Shown here piece by piece: positions 60,587 through 64,000 of a stretch of DNA of 64,000 nt. The notes beneath the pieces are model-generated. The model did no database searches, had not been told where the DNA came from, and was given only the letters and a program-made list of their open reading frames with translations. The stretch is from an uncultured Gemmatimonadaceae bacterium (GTDB taxonomy: Bacteria; Gemmatimonadota; Gemmatimonadetes; Gemmatimonadales; Gemmatimonadaceae): positions 320,001 to 384,000 of the forward strand of contig CAVXGK010000001.1 of assembly GCA_963761305.1 (NCBI GenBank), given 5' to 3'. The first letter of the stretch is position 1, and the number at the start of each line of letters is the position of its first letter. A program made the translations under genes and the position numbers.

Positions 60587-60617
60587 TTGACTTCGACCGT
60601 ACTTCAACTCATAGGAT
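60587..60617 (+). promoter_or_regulatory. 19-bp-spacer promoter for the MerR gene
   Basis: TTGACT-19 bp-TAGGAT with a degenerate palindrome. Confidence 0.65.
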
Positions 60618-60659
60618 GGTGCAGGGCGACCCCAGTTGAAGGCATCGATGAGGACGAAC

Positions 60660-61052
60660 ATGAGGATTGGAGAACTGGCCGAACGAGCCAAGGTGTCCGC
60701 GTCAGCGGTTCGCTACTACGAAAAGGTCGGACTGCTCCCCGCTCCGCGCCGCGTCAACGGCCGCCGAGAGTATGCCGCCGACGCACTGGCGCGACTGGCA
60801 ATCGTCCTCCACGCGCGTCAGCTCGGCTTCAGCATCGCCGAGACCGGGCGCCTCGTCTCTGTCTTTCAGCCGTCGACTCCCTCGGCGCGATGGAAGACGC
60901 TTGCGGCGGCCAAGCTGGTCGAGGTGGACGCGATCATCGAACGCGCCAAGGCGATGCGCACGACGCTCCAGCTCATCAGCAACTGTCGCTGCGAATCATG
61001 GGACGAGTGTGGCCGGGCGCTCATGCGACGGACGATGAAGGCACCTTCGTGA
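60660..61052 (+). CDS. MerR-family regulator (SoxR-like, CxCx5C)
   Basis: IGELA, AVRYYE..GLL, GFSIAE, CRCESWDEC. Confidence 0.92.
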   Translation: MRIGELAERAKVSASAVRYYEKVGLLPAPRRVNGRREYAADALARLAIVLHARQLGFSIAETGRLVSVFQPSTPSARWKTLAAAKLVEVDAIIERAKAMRTTLQLISNCRCESWDECGRALMRRTMKAPS

Positions 61053-61069
61053 CGTCGATGCTGATCGGG

Positions 61070-61222
61070 CTACGCGACGACGTGAACACGAACGACGGGC
61101 GAGTACTGGCTCGAATCGGACGAGACCCAGCATCCGGACGGCGGCTGCGGCGCTGTGCGAGCGCAGGCGCTTGCGCCAGCTGCGAGGAACGCAGTGACGA
61201 GCCTCGAACCGTGCATTCGCAT
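61070..61222 (-). pseudogene. truncated lipoprotein-like cassette ORF (50 aa)
   Basis: MRMHGSRLVTAFLAAGASAC..., begins just after the attC-like site. Confidence 0.45.
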
Positions 61223-61233
61223 CGTTGCCTATC

Positions 61234-61366
61234 GCTATCTAATGCGTGAGCGAAGTCGCGCTCATAGGTGCCTCACGCTTGCCATTCGCCACGCGCTTGA
61301 GTACAGCAATGCGCCGCCGCACGAGGCAGCGAATGTGCCAAGGAGCTTCAGCGTTCCTTAGGTGGC
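61234..61366 (-). mobile_element. degenerate integron attC-like site
   Basis: GCCACCTAAG-GAAC-GCTGAAG ... CTTCGC-TCACGC-ATTAGATAGC, 133 bp, one-base bulge in the L box. Confidence 0.55.
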
Positions 61367-61622
61367 GCGGCCGTGATCGTCGCGCCACCGTGGTGGGCAT
61401 TGGAATCCGACGTCGCGCGTTGATTTCGGCGCCGGAGGACGATGATGAGCGCGGCCGCCGCGGCGACGAGGGTGAGTGCTACAACCGTCGACCGGATCGG
61501 GATGTCGAATCGAAATTAACCCGGGTACTCGCCGCCGGGATCAGAAGCAACTCGCCAACGATCAAGCATCCGAGGGCGGTAAGGGCGAGTACGATCACAC
61601 GGACGCGCGGCGACTCCTTCAT
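61348..61622 (-). pseudogene. 2-TM small protein (cassette gene), 1-nt deletion near 61509
   Basis: MKESPRVRVIVLALTALGCLIVG.. joins DIPIRSTVVALTLVAAAAALIIVLRRR; 275 nt is 276-1. Confidence 0.5.
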
Positions 61623-61697
61623 CACGGCTCTCTTCTCAACGAACTCTGACAGCCACGTAACGCTGGCTATCCGGCAAGTTCTCGGGCCATCGAGCGC

Positions 61698-61745
61698 ACT
61701 TCAACTCATAAGAATGTTGCAGGGCGAACCGTAGTTGGAAGGCAT
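61698..61745 (+). repeat. degenerate copy of the merR promoter/leader 60601-60645
   Basis: ACTTCAACTCATA..TGCAGGGCGA..AGTTG(G)AAGGCAT shared. Confidence 0.75.
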
Positions 61746-62020
61746 GGAGGAGGGCGAGCGTCTTCGGATGAAGCCCGTGGGATCAGTGGAAGTTCAGCCG
61801 CCGACGGCGGCACGGACGCCGCCCTCTCCGCAAGCGACGGCATCGCTTGCTCAACGGAGCATCAAATCACTCGCCGGTGTTAGGAAATCACACTCTCGGC
61901 GCCTTCCCTCGCGCCCGGATTGTCCTCCGTCTCCTCGAACTCTACTCTATGCCGAGCGTCCTCGGCCCACGCGTCCTGCTCCACGGCCATCCGGAAGCCG
62001 GCCTCCCCGGAGTTGATACG

Positions 62021-62737
62021 GTGTTCAACCAATCGGCCCAGGTCTACGATCTCATCTACCGACAGTTCAAGGACTACGCCGGCGAGACGGCGCGCCTCGT
62101 CGCCCTGTTGCAGCGCGTCAATTCACGCTGCCGAGTAGTCTTGGATGTCGGGTGCGGAACGGGTGAGCACATGCGACATCTCTCGACGCACGGCCTGCGC
62201 GTCGATGGGGTCGACCTCGATCGGCGATTTCTCGAAATCGCCGCTCACAAGAACCCTGGAGCCCAGCTGTGGCACGGCGACATGGTCAGCTTCGACGTCC
62301 CTGAGCGGTACGACGCCATCGTATGCCTGTTCAGCTCGATCGGGTACGTGCGCACGCTCGAGCGTTTGCTGCAGGCACTTCGCACGTTCCGCCGGCACCT
62401 CGCCGCCGGTGGCGTGATCGTCGTCGAACCGTGGTTCGCGCCCGGGCAGCTCGATCCGTCGTTCGTCATGCGAAACACCGCAGAGGCAGACGATCTGCGC
62501 GTCGAGCGTGTCAGCCACCTCGAGATCGACGGGCGGTTGTCTCGTCTGCGTTTCGACTACACCCTCACCGATGCCGCCGGCGTGCGCACGGCGGCCGAGG
62601 TCCACGAGCTGGGCCTGTTCACGACGGCGGAGATGCAACAGGCATTCGAGGCGGCCGGTCTCGATGTCGAGCACGACGAGCGCGGGCTCGACGGGCGGGG
62701 GCTATTCATCGGCGCCGATCGTCAGACCGGGTCCTGA
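62021..62737 (+). CDS. class I SAM-dependent methyltransferase (TylM1/DesVI-like)
   Basis: YDLIY..KDY, LDVGCGTG.H, GDM..F, CLFSSIGY, VEPWF. Confidence 0.92.
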   Translation: MFNQSAQVYDLIYRQFKDYAGETARLVALLQRVNSRCRVVLDVGCGTGEHMRHLSTHGLRVDGVDLDRRFLEIAAHKNPGAQLWHGDMVSFDVPERYDAIVCLFSSIGYVRTLERLLQALRTFRRHLAAGGVIVVEPWFAPGQLDPSFVMRNTAEADDLRVERVSHLEIDGRLSRLRFDYTLTDAAGVRTAAEVHELGLFTTAEMQQAFEAAGLDVEHDERGLDGRGLFIGADRQTGS

Positions 62738-62761
62738 TGGAGATAGGCCTTGCACGGGCCT

Positions 62762-63364
62762 TCACAGCCACCCTCGCTGGCGTGCCGTCCGCGCCGCTTC
62801 CACCCGGTTCGCGGCGCCGAGCTTCGCTATCGCGTCGGACAGGTAGTTCCGCACCGTTCCCTGGGACAGGCCGAGGGCCGCCGCGATCGCCGCACCCGCC
62901 TTTCCCTCAGACGCGAGCCGCAACACCTGACGTTCCCGGTCATTCAACGGGTCGCGCTCGGTCCATGCCTGCTGCGCTAGTGCCGGATCGACGGCCCGAC
63001 CGCCGAGCGACACGCGCCGCACGGCGTTCGCGAGCTCGTCGGCGGGACTGTCCTTCAATAGATAGCCGGCGGCACCGGCGTCGAGCGCCCGTCGCAGATA
63101 GCCGGCGCGGGCGAACGTCGTGAGTATGATGACGCGCGTCGGCAGCCGAAGACGCGTCACCTCTGCCGCCACCTCGAGTCCCGTCATCACCGGCATCTCG
63201 ATGTCGGTGAGCAGGATGTCCGGACGTAGTCGCTCGACGAGATCTCGCGCTTCCCCGCCGTCGCGCGCCCGGCCGATGACCTCGATGTCCCTCTCGGTCT
63301 CCAGCAGCGCCGCGAGCGCACCGAGCACCATCGATTGATCCTCCGCCACGACGACGCGGATCAT
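62762..63364 (-). CDS. DesR/NarL-family response regulator
   Basis: AEDQ..V.GAL, DIEMP, TTFAR.GY, GTVRNYLS. Confidence 0.95.
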   Translation of the reverse strand: MIRVVVAEDQSMVLGALAALLETERDIEVIGRARDGGEARDLVERLRPDILLTDIEMPVMTGLEVAAEVTRLRLPTRVIILTTFARAGYLRRALDAGAAGYLLKDSPADELANAVRRVSLGGRAVDPALAQQAWTERDPLNDRERQVLRLASEGKAGAAIAAALGLSQGTVRNYLSDAIAKLGAANRVEAARTARQRGWL

Positions 63365-64000
63365 GAGCGGGTAGCCGGCAGAGTGACCGCGAGTTGTGTT
63401 CCCTGCCCACCGTGCCACGCGACGGAGCCGCCCAGTGCCTCGACGCGCTCTCGCAGTCCGCGCAGCCCGTTGCCTTGCGTCAGCGCGCCGCCGAGGCCGT
63501 CGTCCACGACCTCGAGCCGGCAAGCATCGCCGCGGCGCTCCACCCGAACACTGCACACCGTGGCGCGCGCGTGCCGCACGACGTTGGTGATCGCCTCCCG
63601 CATCGCGAGAGCCAGCGTCTCCTCGGCGGCCCGTTCGACTGACGCGGGACTGCCGAAGAACTCCGCACGAATGCCGGCCGTCTCGAGCATCTCCCGCGCG
63701 CGTGCCAACTCCTCATCCCAGCTGGCCCGATATCCGGCGATCGCGGCGCGCACGTCGCTGAGCGCCTGCCGCGAAACCTGCTCGACCTCGCGGATCTCCT
63801 GCACGGCGCGCTGTGGATCACGGTCGGCGAGTCTGGACGCCAGTTCGGCCTTGAGCACGATCAGCGTCAGCGTGTGGCCGAGCACGTCGTGGAGATCGCG
63901 CGCGATACGCTCTCGTTCGGCGACGGTGGCGAGCCGCTCGATCTCCTCGTTGGCCGTCTTGAGTTTCGCGCTGGCGCGATCGACCTGCATCGAATGCCAG
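63361..64000 (-). CDS. DesK-like HisKA_3 sensor kinase (5' partial)
   Basis: ERERIARDLHDVLGH, REAITNVVRH, GNGL.GL.ER. Confidence 0.95.
   Translation of the reverse strand, partial: WHSMQVDRASAKLKTANEEIERLATVAERERIARDLHDVLGHTLTLIVLKAELASRLADRDPQRAVQEIREVEQVSRQALSDVRAAIAGYRASWDEELARAREMLETAGIRAEFFGSPASVERAAEETLALAMREAITNVVRHARATVCSVRVERRGDACRLEVVDDGLGGALTQGNGLRGLRERVEALGGSVAWHGGQGTQLAVTLPATRS

Noticed and set aside
60602..60641. Hairpin as a riboswitch or attC
   Set aside because: Overlaps the -10, so it is only partly transcribed; too short for attC; matches no riboswitch I recognise

Overview
GC-rich bacterial chromosome segment. Gene content (PadR plus duplicated orphan ABC permeases, TonB-dependent receptor, many lipoproteins) suggests Gemmatimonadota or Acidobacteriota; this is inference only. 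In order: a two-component signalling cluster (1-7.2 kb); a general-stress cluster (YciI, FMN reductase, Dps, YciF, PPase, HhH-PHP protein, DUF6328, DUF6496; 10-18 kb); a TonB-dependent receptor; ArsR/NIPSNAP/ABM; four ADOP-type permeases with three PadR genes, each PadR preceded by its own palindrome; LytS/LytTR, an amidohydrolase and a nucleotidyltransferase with a small partner; then a mosaic accessory zone (45-62 kb) with lipoproteins, a truncated ParE toxin, an IS110 remnant, a MerR/DinB divergon and decayed integron-cassette (attC-like) remnants; it ends in a DesK/DesR-like pair. At least six genes are split by small indels, which may be long-read errors. No rRNA, tRNA or CRISPR array was seen. 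Best leads: PadR operator/recognition-helix co-variation, a polymerase-less PolX operon, attC-like remnants, a 6-4-6 palindrome near the FixJ-like cluster, and several intergenic or in-frame repeat families. All family calls come from motif recognition by eye; no database search was run.
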